Shown piece after piece: positions 40,193 through 49,824 of a DNA stretch of 64,000 nt. Location: NCBI GenBank assembly GCA_009903405.1, contig PRCZ01000002.1, positions 912 through 64,911 of the forward strand, in the 5' to 3' direction. Both the position numbers and the translations under genes were made by a program. Under the pieces are notes generated by a model. The model did no database searches. It saw only the letters and a program-made list of their open reading frames with translations, and had not been told where the DNA came from. Position 1 is the first letter of the stretch, and every line of letters begins with the position of its first letter. The stretch is from Candidatus Methanophaga sp. AG-394-G06. Its GTDB lineage: Archaea > Halobacteriota > Syntropharchaeia > Alkanophagales > Methanospirareceae.

Positions 40193-40417
40193 TTATCTTA
40201 TCCCCCTCCCATAAGAATAGGGATAGCCATAATATGGCATTGGGTATATCCCTGGAGCTGGAGCTATTGCTCCATACATTCCTGTCCACCACCTTCTGGG
40301 AAGCCACGGGAAATTCCTGCAGCATGGATAAGGGTTGCCCATTCCCATACCTCTTCCTGGTCCAAAACCAGACCAAAAACCTCTTCCAAATCCTCTTCCT
40401 CTTGCCATTTTTTTCAC
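40193..40417 (-). CDS. Gly/Arg/aromatic-rich small protein (DUF5320-like N-terminus)
   Basis: RGRGFGRGFW..GNPYPCCRNFPWLPRRWW..; overlaps the NifX gene stop. Confidence 0.65.
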   Translation of the reverse strand: MKKMARGRGFGRGFWSGFGPGRGMGMGNPYPCCRNFPWLPRRWWTGMYGAIAPAPGIYPMPYYGYPYSYGRGIR

Positions 40418-41028
40418 CCCCTTTTAAGTTCTTCCATTCTCTTCTTCACTTCTTCCAAATCTTTCGCCAGTCTATTTGCCATGTTCGATAGTTCTTCGAT
40501 TTCTTCTTCTTTCGTTCGAGGCGTTATTGGTGCCTGCGGCGCTTGTGGTTGTGGTTGCGAAGGCACCGTTTGCTGCATGCCAAGTCCCATGCCTCTGCCC
40601 ATGCCTTGCCCTCTACCGCCGCCTCGTCCTCCACCCATGCCAAATCCGCCACCTGGAGCAATAGCACCCATACCTGCATGAGCAGAAACTGTCGAACCCT
40701 CCGTCTCGTTAAGTCCACCGGTTTTATACATTTCAACAGCTTCTTGAACCGTGCCATAGGCGCCAGTTGCAATTTTCACACCCGCCGTGGAAAGCACCTG
40801 AAAGGCATTGGGGCCTATATTCCCTGATATAACTACATTCACCCCTTTATTCACAACGGCTTGTGCTGCTTGAATCCCTGCTCCTCCCGGTGCGGTAATG
40901 GCTTCGTTTGCCATCGCTTCGAACGCCATCGTATCTGAATCAACGAACACAAAGTATTGGCACCTTCCAAACCTCGGGTCTACCTGCGCATTCCGGTCTC
41001 CCGCTGTTGCGGTTACGCATATCTTCAT
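40414..41028 (-). CDS. NifB/NifX (MTH1175/Orange protein-like) domain + GM/RGG tract + coiled coil, copy 1
   Basis: VDPRFGRC.YF, GGAGIQAAQ, GNIGPNAF. Confidence 0.88.
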   Translation of the reverse strand: MKICVTATAGDRNAQVDPRFGRCQYFVFVDSDTMAFEAMANEAITAPGGAGIQAAQAVVNKGVNVVISGNIGPNAFQVLSTAGVKIATGAYGTVQEAVEMYKTGGLNETEGSTVSAHAGMGAIAPGGGFGMGGGRGGGRGQGMGRGMGLGMQQTVPSQPQPQAPQAPITPRTKEEEIEELSNMANRLAKDLEEVKKRMEELKRG

Positions 41029-41067
41029 CTTTCATCTTCTCCCTTTTTGTTTTTTTTCTTCCACATG

Positions 41068-41081
41068 TGAATATATATTCA
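41068..41081. promoter_or_regulatory. Palindromic candidate operator TGAATATATATTCA
   Basis: Perfect 14-bp palindrome upstream of the NifX gene; identical at 54298-54311 and 54738-54751. Confidence 0.7.
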
Positions 41082-41097
41082 TATGAGTATGTAAATG

Positions 41098-41946
41098 TTA
41101 CTTCTTCTCTTCTTTACCTTCCACAAATGCCTGCACATTTTCCACTATCTGCCCAAATGCGTCTTTTACTTTCGATTCCTTTTGCATGACAAATGGCGTT
41201 CCGCTATCCGCAGCTTCTACCATCTGCGGGTCTAACGGCACTCTTCCAAGAAAAGGCACTCCTAACTCCGCCGCTGCCCTTTCTCCGCCTCCATATTTGA
41301 AGATATTTGTCGCTTTCCCACAGTATGGACACACAAACCCACTCATGTTCTCTATTATCCCTATAACCGGCACCTTCAGCACCCCTGAGAAGTTTACTGC
41401 CTTTCTTGAATCTAACAATGCTAAATCCTGCGGTGTTGTAACAATTATCGCGCCATCTACATTCTTTATCAACTGCGCAACACTGAGTGGCTCGTCGCCC
41501 GTCCCCGGCGGAAGGTCAACAATCATATAGTCCAGCTCACCCCAATCAACATCTGAAAGGAATTGCCTTATCGCATTCATCTTCATCGGTCCTCGCCAGA
41601 TGATCGGGGAATCTCTATCTGGTAACAGAAAACCTATGGACATCGCTTTTAGCCGTGGTGTGACTAAAATAGGCGACATTTTCCCCCCTGATGTCTCTGG
41701 CCGCTTGTCCTCTATCCCCAATATCTTTGGAATATCCGGCCCGTGTATATCAGCATCCATCAAACCCACGTCTAAACCGCTCATAGCGAGAGCAAAAGCA
41801 AGATTTGCTGCTACCGTTGTTTTCCCTACACCCCCTTTTCCACTCATCACCATTACCTTATGCTTTACCTTTCTCATGCTTGTATCAACTGCTTCCGCTT
41901 CTTCTTTCATCCCTCTTTTCCTTTCTTCCTCTTCTCCTTCATCCAT
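41098..41946 (-). CDS. mrp: Mrp/NBP35 Fe-S cluster carrier ATPase
   Basis: [44 protein letters not shown]. Confidence 0.93.
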   Translation of the reverse strand: MDEGEEEERKRGMKEEAEAVDTSMRKVKHKVMVMSGKGGVGKTTVAANLAFALAMSGLDVGLMDADIHGPDIPKILGIEDKRPETSGGKMSPILVTPRLKAMSIGFLLPDRDSPIIWRGPMKMNAIRQFLSDVDWGELDYMIVDLPPGTGDEPLSVAQLIKNVDGAIIVTTPQDLALLDSRKAVNFSGVLKVPVIGIIENMSGFVCPYCGKATNIFKYGGGERAAAELGVPFLGRVPLDPQMVEAADSGTPFVMQKESKVKDAFGQIVENVQAFVEGKEEKK

Positions 41947-41979
41947 ATTTTATTTATCACCCCTAACAAACCATAAACT

Positions 41980-42045
41980 CATAAAATTACCGCTTTCTAG
42001 CCTTATAGCTTTCCGTTCAACAAAAGCTTCCGCTATATATTCACA
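41980..42045 (-). pseudogene. Remnant of a second DUF134 gene fused to an operator half-site
   Basis: AATTACCGCTTTCTAGCCTTATAGCTTTCCGTTCAACAAAAGCTTCCGCTAT matches 54443-54494 (IAEAFVEGKAIRIEGGN), joined directly to ATATTCACA. Confidence 0.7.
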
Positions 42046-42056
42046 CTATTTAGTGA

Positions 42057-42581
42057 TTAATATTCTATCCCTGAAGTTGTGCCACCTATTTTATCCCAAT
42101 AATGCTTGACCTTCTCCATGTGAGTTGCTATATCTGCCATTTCTATTATTCTATCCGCTGGCTCTCTTCCGCTAAGAATGATGTCAGTATGACCTCTTTT
42201 CTTTAACAACTCTAAGACCGCCTCTTCTGTTAAAAGCTCGAATTTTACTGCGTATAATATCTCGTCCAGAACCAAAAGGTCGGTCTCTTTTTCATCTAGC
42301 ACTCTATGAGCGAGTTCCAACCCCTCTTTAGCCTTTTTGAGATGTCTTTTTCGCGATTCTTCGTCCTTTAAAAAACCTGGAGTCCCGCAAAGATGTATCT
42401 GAAGGTTGTCAACACTTTTTAGAAACTGATATTCTCCGGTAGTTGGCCTTCCTTTCATAAACTGCAATATCACTACTCTTTTGTTATGACCCAACGTCCT
42501 TATGGCATGACCGATAGAGGCGGTTGTCTTTCCCTCGCCCTTTCCATAATAGACAATAATTTTTCCCTCAACTGAGTTCAT
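42057..42581 (-). CDS. cobO: Cob(I)yrinic acid a,c-diamide adenosyltransferase (CobO/BtuR type)
   Basis: YYGKGEGKTTAS.G, QFMKG, LVLDEI, ILSGR, AD..T.M..VKH, GIEY. Confidence 0.85.
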   Translation of the reverse strand: MNSVEGKIIVYYGKGEGKTTASIGHAIRTLGHNKRVVILQFMKGRPTTGEYQFLKSVDNLQIHLCGTPGFLKDEESRKRHLKKAKEGLELAHRVLDEKETDLLVLDEILYAVKFELLTEEAVLELLKKRGHTDIILSGREPADRIIEMADIATHMEKVKHYWDKIGGTTSGIEY

Positions 42582-42687
42582 AATTATTATTTAAAATCAC
42601 GCTTTATAATTATTGAACAGAACTTTCAGGTCAGTGATAAGTGATTTTAAAAAATAGAAAAGGAGAAATTAAAAAGAAATCTCCTAC

Positions 42688-42933
42688 TTACATTTCCCGT
42701 TCAAAGGCAACCCAGGTTTCCGTTGTTGAGACCTCTCTGCTCTGGTGGAGGAAATCTATTATTACTTCTGAGTCTTCCGCCTCGTAAATCCATACCGCGT
42801 CATACCTGCCCAGTGTATGATACACTTGCAGGAACTTGACGCCGGTGGGCGGATTTTTAAGTAGCTCGTCGCCGAATTTCTTTGCATCTTCCACCATGCC
42901 TGAATTAACCCTCACGCACGTTATAAACAACAT
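42688..42933 (-). CDS. GYD-domain protein
   Basis: GVK...YHTLGRYDAV.IYEA.D, TTETWVAF. Confidence 0.75.
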   Translation of the reverse strand: MLFITCVRVNSGMVEDAKKFGDELLKNPPTGVKFLQVYHTLGRYDAVWIYEAEDSEVIIDFLHQSREVSTTETWVAFEREM

Positions 42934-43211
42934 CTTTTTTTTCGACCTCCCTATATATATCTAACGATTGAAGTATAATAAAGATATGTTCATTTCTACT
43001 TTTTTAATTCTGAAATTGGGATTTGGGATTTTTCAAGACGGAATTTTTGTTTTTAATGAGACAGAATTTCCAAGCTTTGCACCTATCATTGAATCAATGA
43101 GCGCAAAAATTGCCGGCAACCAGATTATATCACTCCGAGACCAAAATATTTTATATCTTTTTAATCTTTTATAAATCAACCATCACATAAATCGAAAGGA
43201 GAGATATTAAA

Positions 43212-44222
43212 ATGAAAGAGGCGATGTTCTATGAGAAGCTGGAAGGGAACGCTGTTAGATGTCACCTATGCCCACATCATTGCAAGATAAACGAATCGAG
43301 GCGAGGGATATGTGGGGTTAGAGAAAACAGGGGTGGTATTCTCTACAGCCTGGTTTATGGAAAGGTAGTTGCGAGAGGGATTGATCCAATAGAGAAGAAG
43401 CCGTTCTTCCATTTCTATCCCGGCTCTGAGGCATACTCGGTTGCTACGGTTGGATGCAATTTCAGATGTAAAAACTGCCAGAACTTCGAAATTTCTCAGA
43501 TGCCTAAAGAAGACAAGAGGCAGATAGTAGGGGAAGATGTATCTCCTGAAGAGATTGTTGCGACAGCTAAGCAATATGGTTGTAGAAGCATCGCATACAC
43601 GTATACCGAACCGACCATCTTTTTCGAGTTTGCTTATGATACTGCCAGACTGGCGCATAAAGAAGGAATATGCAACACCTTTATCTCGAACGGGCATATT
43701 ACAGAGGAGGCTATACGCACTCTCGCCCCTTATTTAGATGCGGTAAATGTAGACCTGAAGGGGCTATCGGAAGACATGTATCGAAAAATTTGCGGTGGGC
43801 ACTTGAAACCTGTCCAGGATGCGATAAAGCTATACAAAAGCCTGGGTGTTTGGGTTGAGGTAACCACGCTGGTTATACCAACGTTGAACGATTCCGAGGA
43901 AGATTTCAGAGGGATTGCCGAATTCATCAAAAGTGTAGGCGTGGACATACCCTGGCATGTCTCACAGTTCTATCCCATGTATAAGCTAACTCATCTCCCT
44001 CCAACACCGGTTAGTACCTTACGTGAAGCGAGGGAAATTGGGCTGGAGGTAGGGTTGAGATACGTGTATGAGGGCAATGTTCCGGGTGAGGGAGGAGAGA
44101 ATACCTACTGCTACCAATGCGGAGAGTTGCTAATCCGGCGCTATGGATTTCAAATCAGGGAGAATAAAATACTAGATTCAAGATGTCCAAGTTGTGGTAC
44201 CAAGATAGATGGGAGATTGTAA
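43212..44222 (+). CDS. amrS: AmmeMemoRadiSam system radical SAM enzyme
   Basis: C.LCPH.C..G.CGVR, DPIEKKP.FHF.PG, GCNFRCKNCQN, YTYTEP, YVY.GNV. Confidence 0.88.
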   Translation: MKEAMFYEKLEGNAVRCHLCPHHCKINESRRGICGVRENRGGILYSLVYGKVVARGIDPIEKKPFFHFYPGSEAYSVATVGCNFRCKNCQNFEISQMPKEDKRQIVGEDVSPEEIVATAKQYGCRSIAYTYTEPTIFFEFAYDTARLAHKEGICNTFISNGHITEEAIRTLAPYLDAVNVDLKGLSEDMYRKICGGHLKPVQDAIKLYKSLGVWVEVTTLVIPTLNDSEEDFRGIAEFIKSVGVDIPWHVSQFYPMYKLTHLPPTPVSTLREAREIGLEVGLRYVYEGNVPGEGGENTYCYQCGELLIRRYGFQIRENKILDSRCPSCGTKIDGRL

Positions 44223-44278
44223 GTTTACGAGAAATAAAAAGCGAAAAGTATTTATACATGGATTTGTAATCTATTAGC

Positions 44279-44449
44279 ATGGTTAAGTGTCCAAAATGTG
44301 GTAGGGAAATAAAGGGATATGAAGAAGGATGGGATTGTTGCCCCTACTGCGGGGCAAAGTTGTTCGTTGATTGCCCTTTCTGCGACCAAAAACTTGAGGA
44401 GATGTGGAGTTACTGCCCCTACTGTGGGAAACCCACGCCGAAAGATTAA
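44279..44449 (+). CDS. Double zinc-ribbon microprotein (56 aa, not in ORF track)
   Basis: MVKCPKCG..CPYCG..CPFCD..YCPYCGKPTPKD*. Confidence 0.75.
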   Translation: MVKCPKCGREIKGYEEGWDCCPYCGAKLFVDCPFCDQKLEEMWSYCPYCGKPTPKD

Positions 44450-44520
44450 AGTTTTCCCTTTGGGTGACAAATAGTATTCTGGCACATCCTTTCGTTCCTG
44501 GTAAGGAGATAGCGGAGGCT

Positions 44521-44733
44521 TTAATGTTCCCATATATATTCTCTAAGGTAATGGTCTGGTACAGTAGCTACAATAAATGCTGTTAACACCAGCAGGGTAA
44601 GGAGTGTTATCCTCTGCCAATTCCATGTCTCCGGTCCCGCTATTCCCATCCCTATTCCCAGCAGTGTGATGAAAAGGAAGAACAAAAGGGCGTATCTGGG
44701 TAAAGAAAGCTTAGGAAATTTCTTTAACAGAAG
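44521..44733 (-). pseudogene. Fragment of a putative manganese/heavy-metal exporter
   Basis: Reads ..GPETWNWQRITLL..FIVATVPDHYLREYIWEH*, recalling the VPDH.L.EH.W.H motif; no start or remainder. Confidence 0.5.
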
Positions 44734-44762
44734 TTAGTTCCTCCATTTAATACCTCTAATAA

Positions 44763-45341
44763 TTATGAATACTTTACTGTATTTCGTCTTGTTCTGTTTT
44801 CTATTAGTTCAATAATTTCGCCCACAACGAGGGAAGCAATAGCAATATAAGGCAGCAGCACGACCACAAATAATACCCCAAAGTAATAGATCATCAGAGG
44901 TAGCAGTGGTATTTTTATAGCCCTGCTGTACAGAAAAGCAGCAATCAAACCGCTTCTCATCCCCCTGTCTCGAAGATCTTTCAATAAAGGATACCAGACA
45001 TAAATAGGTCCATGGCTAAGTATTCCAGTGGATATAGCTAAGGACCATCCTTTTATTCCGGACCCTTTTCCAACGTACTTTGATACGGTTTTTGGATGTA
45101 AGAAATAATCTAGAAGCGCCATAAAAAGGATAACGAGCAATAACACAGGAATTATCTGAATAATTATGTTTCCGCTCACTTTTAGTGAGTTACATGTACC
45201 TTCCGGGTCAAAGAAAAAGAGAAGGAGATATAGAAAAATAACAGAACCCAAAAAATAGTAATCATAGTGTTTATCCCACTTCCTCTTCGCCGCTTCTCCT
45301 TTGTTTCCTACTTTATTTTCGGTATCTCCCATGACCTTCAT
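44763..45341 (-). CDS. Permease (DUF318/ArsP-like half)
   Basis: GILSHGPIYVWYPLL.DL..GM, RAIKIPLLP; multiple TM helices. Confidence 0.75.
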   Translation of the reverse strand: MKVMGDTENKVGNKGEAAKRKWDKHYDYYFLGSVIFLYLLLFFFDPEGTCNSLKVSGNIIIQIIPVLLLVILFMALLDYFLHPKTVSKYVGKGSGIKGWSLAISTGILSHGPIYVWYPLLKDLRDRGMRSGLIAAFLYSRAIKIPLLPLMIYYFGVLFVVVLLPYIAIASLVVGEIIELIENRTRRNTVKYS

Positions 45342-45799
45342 TGGACCACCATCAATGTCGTAACAGTTGCTATGGACACTAAGATAGCGAGAATGAACCC
45401 CAGCGAGTTTCTAATAACTGCGAATCGTTTGCCGAGAAAGGCCGCTTCAGCAGGAAATTGAACTATACTAACCGTTACCCATGTCACTATGAATGCAGTT
45501 ATCGCAAAGAGGCTCACACCCTCTTTCATGAGCTCCCCACCTATTATATAGCTGGTGATAGGATTACCTGCGGCGATACTTCCAATTGCAGAGCCAATTA
45601 CAGTATCACGAAACAATTCCCCTGTAAATACAGATGCAATAAACTGTTTTGATACACATGTTAGGAAAAGTCCCAAAAGCAGGACAACCCCAAGCAACGT
45701 TGGAAGAGCAGCCCCTAAACTTTTGAATGCACGATAAAAAGACCTGACAATACTTTTGGGTTTTTCATTGTCTATACCCGTTGGTTTAGGATTAGTCAT
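45338..45799 (-). CDS. Permease (DUF318/ArsP-like half)
   Basis: GSIAAGNPITSYIIGGEL, AFIVTWVTV..VQFPAEA..LG.RFA..RN. Confidence 0.75.
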   Translation of the reverse strand: MTNPKPTGIDNEKPKSIVRSFYRAFKSLGAALPTLLGVVLLLGLFLTCVSKQFIASVFTGELFRDTVIGSAIGSIAAGNPITSYIIGGELMKEGVSLFAITAFIVTWVTVSIVQFPAEAAFLGKRFAVIRNSLGFILAILVSIATVTTLMVVQ

Positions 45800-46784
45800 G
45801 CCCTCTCTTTTCCTCCATTGTAAGCCAGAAGACTTTCTCCTGGTATTTCAACTTCTTTATTTTTCCGCTTTTCTCCAGCCGTTTTATACTATCGCGAATA
45901 TTATATTTCTTTGGTAAAGCTTTCTTTTTGAAAGAAAGGTTTCTTAGCGTGTCTATAACCTGCCCCTCTCTCATTGGGTGCCGTCTTATTATTGCTAAAA
46001 TAGCATCTTCTGGGTTTGTGAATCCCTCAGTGGAAAATTCTCCAGTCTCCTCTTCGGTAATATCCACTACATTAGCATCATTAAGAATCGCATGTGCTAA
46101 TGTGATGGCGTCTTTATCAGGCGGTACAGCCCAAGGTTCCGCAGGTGGTCTTATCGGTACATTTATATACGTTCGATTGGGCTCTATCTTCTCAAGCCTG
46201 CTTTTTAGTGCTTTTAATTCTCTTTCTGTGTCATTTAGCCCCTTTACCAGCATGACTTCTACCCATATCTCACCGTTATAATCTCGCCTGAATCGTTCCA
46301 AACCTTCGACAACCGCCTTAAAATCAAGCCCGCGATGCGGCCTGTTTATCTTTCTGTATGTTTCGACAGTGCCGGCATCGAGGGAGGGCATAACAATATC
46401 TGCTTGTGAAAGGTCGTTTCTTACATCTTCTCTGTAAAGCAGGGACCCGTTTGTATCAACAGCTATGGGTATATCTGCTATTTCCTTAGTCTTCCTGATT
46501 AGCCAACCAAGGCTTTTACATAAAGTCGGTTCGCCTTCGCCTACGAAGGTCACAAAATCTATTTCGCGGTGGCTACTTTCTGCTTCTATTACTCTTCTGA
46601 TTTCGTTCAGCAACTCTTCTGGTGGAAAGAAGTCTTTACGCTGATTTGTCATGTGCGTTGTCCTGCCAAGCTGGCAGTAGACACAGGAATAGTTACAGGT
46701 TTTGAATGGGATTGGGTTAACGCCTAAAGAGCGACCAAGACGCCGTGATGGAACTGGTCCATAGACCATTTTCAGTTTATACAT
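45792..46784 (-). CDS. Radical SAM protein (COG0731-like)
   Basis: YGPVPSRRLGRSLGV, CNYSCVYCQLG, GEGEPTL, TNGSL. Confidence 0.88.
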   Translation of the reverse strand: MYKLKMVYGPVPSRRLGRSLGVNPIPFKTCNYSCVYCQLGRTTHMTNQRKDFFPPEELLNEIRRVIEAESSHREIDFVTFVGEGEPTLCKSLGWLIRKTKEIADIPIAVDTNGSLLYREDVRNDLSQADIVMPSLDAGTVETYRKINRPHRGLDFKAVVEGLERFRRDYNGEIWVEVMLVKGLNDTERELKALKSRLEKIEPNRTYINVPIRPPAEPWAVPPDKDAITLAHAILNDANVVDITEEETGEFSTEGFTNPEDAILAIIRRHPMREGQVIDTLRNLSFKKKALPKKYNIRDSIKRLEKSGKIKKLKYQEKVFWLTMEEKRGHD

Positions 46785-46870
46785 CTATGTACTATTAGAT
46801 GTCACATCATAGTAAACTTTAGCCGCCCTAAAAAAGCAAAATAATCTTATAGAAGCCCCATCCATGTCAC

Positions 46871-47344
46871 GCCCGGAATGAAATAGTGCCAAATGGCCAG
46901 TACTTCAGCATTGGCTGATAAATATAATCAAAACAGAGGTACTGGAAAATGAAAAGGAAGCAGGAAAAAGAGCGATATTATAGACTGCCCTTTAAGACAC
47001 TGGACCGGCAGTTCCAACAAGAAGCGATTGAAGGTTTGAGCTGTTCACCACTGGAGGCAAAAGCACTTACCGAGATTGTTAAAGAAGATTTTTTTAGAGA
47101 AAAAAGATCCGGTACAGGTAGCAAGAGAGACAGATCACAGTCCAGAAGCAGAGGGGAAGTATTGCCAGCAGTTTAATAAAGTGAAGTGGTGTGTGGAAAA
47201 TGAGATGGGTAAGGATGAGATAAGGATTGTTACCGGAATGAAAGCACATTTAATAGATGAATACCTAAAGATTATGGAGGAGCATAAAACAGCCCTTCCT
47301 CCTTAAGGGGTACTGGCCAAATGGCACAACATAAATTCCGGGGC
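46871..47344 (+). mobile_element. Non-autonomous TIR-bounded element carrying a deleted DUF1670-like gene
   Basis: Left GCCCGGAATGAAATAGTGCCAAATGGCCAGTAC / right GTACTGGCCAAATGGCACAACATAAATTCCGGGGC imperfect TIRs; internal ORF pieces 46949-47176 and 47076-47306 (VARETDHSPEA..Y..F..V..TGM..LIDEYL). Confidence 0.7.
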
Positions 47345-47370
47345 ATCCCTTTGTATATGCCCTCGGTTTC

Positions 47371-48129
47371 TTATTTTCTTTCGTTTATTATTTTTGGACA
47401 AACATCTTTAATAGGACATTCATCACACTTTGGATCAGTAGGACGACACCATCCCTTTTCCATTCCTATATCCCATATTGGAAAATCCAATTCACCGGGA
47501 TCCTCGGGATTTAATTCTCTTGCACTTTGAAGTATCGTATTTTTATCATCTGTTTTCGCTAAACCCGTTCTTAAAAAGACCCGTTTAACATGTATATCAA
47601 ATGAAATGTTACTTTCACTTTTATCGCCTACTCCCTTCCTTAAAACACGAATAAGTATATTCGTTGCCATTGATGCTTTTTTCTGCCCGATACCTTTGAA
47701 TAATTCAAATCTCCGTTGCAAATCAGCATATCCAGGGTTACCATTCCAAATGTTTGCTGCGTTTCCCTCATATCTATCTATTAACATTTTACACGCATCT
47801 TTTATATATGCTGCATACTTATTGGGAAATCGGTGCAGTTTTGGTGCTTCATTAAAAATGACTTTTAGTTCATCGTCTTTCATTTCAGAAATCTTTTTAA
47901 CATCGAGATGTCCAAGTCTCTGTTTCAAAATAAAAGGTTTTTCCCACGCCTGTTCCGCAGTTATACTTTGATCAAATATCACACCGAAAAGAAATGCATT
48001 TGGGTCATCTACCAGCAATTTATTTACCTCGGGATTCAGCGTTGGTTCAAATTTTGTCACTTTCAACGTCCGACCGTATTCGAGGATCTTATTTACTACT
48101 TTTTGTTTTTCTTCCATAGTCTGTATCAC
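47371..48129 (-). CDS. HhH-GPD/endonuclease III-like DNA glycosylase with 4Fe-4S loop
   Basis: FKGIGQKKA HhH, DIHVKRV, CRPTDPKCDECPIKDVC; AT-rich. Confidence 0.8.
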   Translation of the reverse strand: MIQTMEEKQKVVNKILEYGRTLKVTKFEPTLNPEVNKLLVDDPNAFLFGVIFDQSITAEQAWEKPFILKQRLGHLDVKKISEMKDDELKVIFNEAPKLHRFPNKYAAYIKDACKMLIDRYEGNAANIWNGNPGYADLQRRFELFKGIGQKKASMATNILIRVLRKGVGDKSESNISFDIHVKRVFLRTGLAKTDDKNTILQSARELNPEDPGELDFPIWDIGMEKGWCRPTDPKCDECPIKDVCPKIINERK

Positions 48130-48135
48130 TAACTA

Positions 48136-49106
48136 TTATTTCCTTGCGTACCATAGGTTCGCTACATAAACCAATAGAGGTATAATGGCAAAATCTACAC
48201 TATATCCCAACAGATTTTCCGCTGTTTTGGAGGTAGTAACTATTCCAATTAGTACGATTAATACCGCTGCAAACCCTATGAAAGCAGAATAAACAATTTT
48301 AGCTCTTTCTGTTAATTTGTACATCCCGTAAAGAGTATAGAAATATGTTACAACCATTATCAAGTATGAAACGACTATTGCACTCATAAAAGAACTGGGA
48401 GACTTTTCACTTCCGACAATACCACCAATTACGAATAAAAGGGCCAAAAATCCAAAGATGCCATTTAGCACCATCAAAACTTTTCGCAATCTGATTTTTG
48501 GCACTAATGTTGACAGATCTGGACTAATCAGTTTGTATCCGGTGTAAATGATAATTATAGATGCGATAATTGCAAGGATAAGTCATATTCCTATATTTGC
48601 CCCTGCTAATGCTCCAAATGGATCTCCTTCAAGTTCACTTTCCATTTGGCGGATAGCATAAGAAACAGCGAGTAAGCTCGTTACACTGAAAATAGCCATA
48701 AGTGCACCAACACCGATTAATCCTTTTGCTTTTGTACTTGGTTTTGACATCCAAGAGATTCCAAATGCCGCTAAAGCCAACAAGAAATAAATGGTACCAA
48801 AATAGGTACCACTATAAGTTAGCTATAGAACGCATTTATATCTTTTGTAATTCCAAGAATTTGCACTGTCACCCAAGGAAGGAACGATGCTATAATTGCA
48901 AGGGCTGGACCAATGAACAGAGTTATGTCAAATTTCTTCATAACCAATTTCAAATCAGCTTTTTTCTCCTCTTCAAAAAGTTCACACACACAATCTTTAC
49001 AATAATTTTTGCCTTCAATATTCACTCTACACTCAGCGCAGATAGCTTTACCACAATTGGCGCAAACTCCTATCGCCTCGCGTTCGAGATGTTTTTCACA
49101 TTTCAT
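48136..49106 (-). pseudogene. B-box Zn finger + multi-TM membrane protein broken by a frameshift (~48820) and an in-frame TGA (48583-48585)
   Basis: CEKH..CANCGK.IC.EC..YCKDC N-terminus; ANIGI-TGA-LILAIIAS reads in frame into ORF 48136-48504. Confidence 0.7.
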
Positions 49107-49222
49107 TTTTTACAGACGGGCATTTCCTTTTTAAGTCACTATACTTAAGCACGACCGCCGATAACTTAAACTACCCTATTAGCATAGGTATGACCTAGGA
49201 TTATAAAAGCTTTCCGATTTTT

Positions 49223-49720
49223 TTATTTTTGATCTTTCCCTCCAAAAAGTTTGTTATAAAGCGATGTGTACCTGTGCGCTTTAAGTTTCTCCTTTTCTTC
49301 AGCTATCACAGGAGCAGTATCTGTCTTCTCGTAACCCTTCTGCCCCGATATATACCTCTCTACCACTTCCCAGCCATGCCCTACTGAGCCATGATAACAA
49401 GAAGGCGCCCACAGATGACTCGGGCACCACTCCTTAAGCTGCGGGAATCGATCCCTCAACAGCTTACTACTTCTACCCTTTATCCGCTTCGCTATCCAGC
49501 TTACCGAATACTTCGGTGGACTGCGAAGCATTTCTGTGAAACATTTTTGATAAAACTTTTCTTAAATGTTTTGTAAACGCTTTTTCTAAAAGGGTTTTTA
49601 TGAACAAAGGTACATGATCCACATTCATTGCCATGTCTATAATCGCAATATCAAGCTCTTTGCAGGTTTCCCTGAGAATTTCTCCCGCCACCTCTGCAAC
49701 ATCCCCGAGCTATACCTTCC
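49223..49720 (-). mobile_element. tnpA: IS200/IS605-family TnpA (Y1 transposase) pseudogene, interrupted by a REP-like insert
   Basis: DHVP (mutated HUH), PPKYSVS..KRIKGRSS..LR..FP, LWAPS, VERYI..Q; insert ~49521-49596. Confidence 0.8.
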
Positions 49721-49824
49721 AGCGATATTTCAGTGAAAAACAGGAATTTCATCCCGGTAAAGTTTTCAAACAGAGCAGGGAGCAGGGAGATCAAATACAA
49801 CATTCAATTTGTAATTCATTCATA

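Noticed and set aside
48583-48585. In-frame TGA as possible selenocysteine/readthrough
   Set aside because: Lies in a TM segment where Gly (GGA) fits, and the same gene also has a frameshift; a pseudogene is more parsimonious
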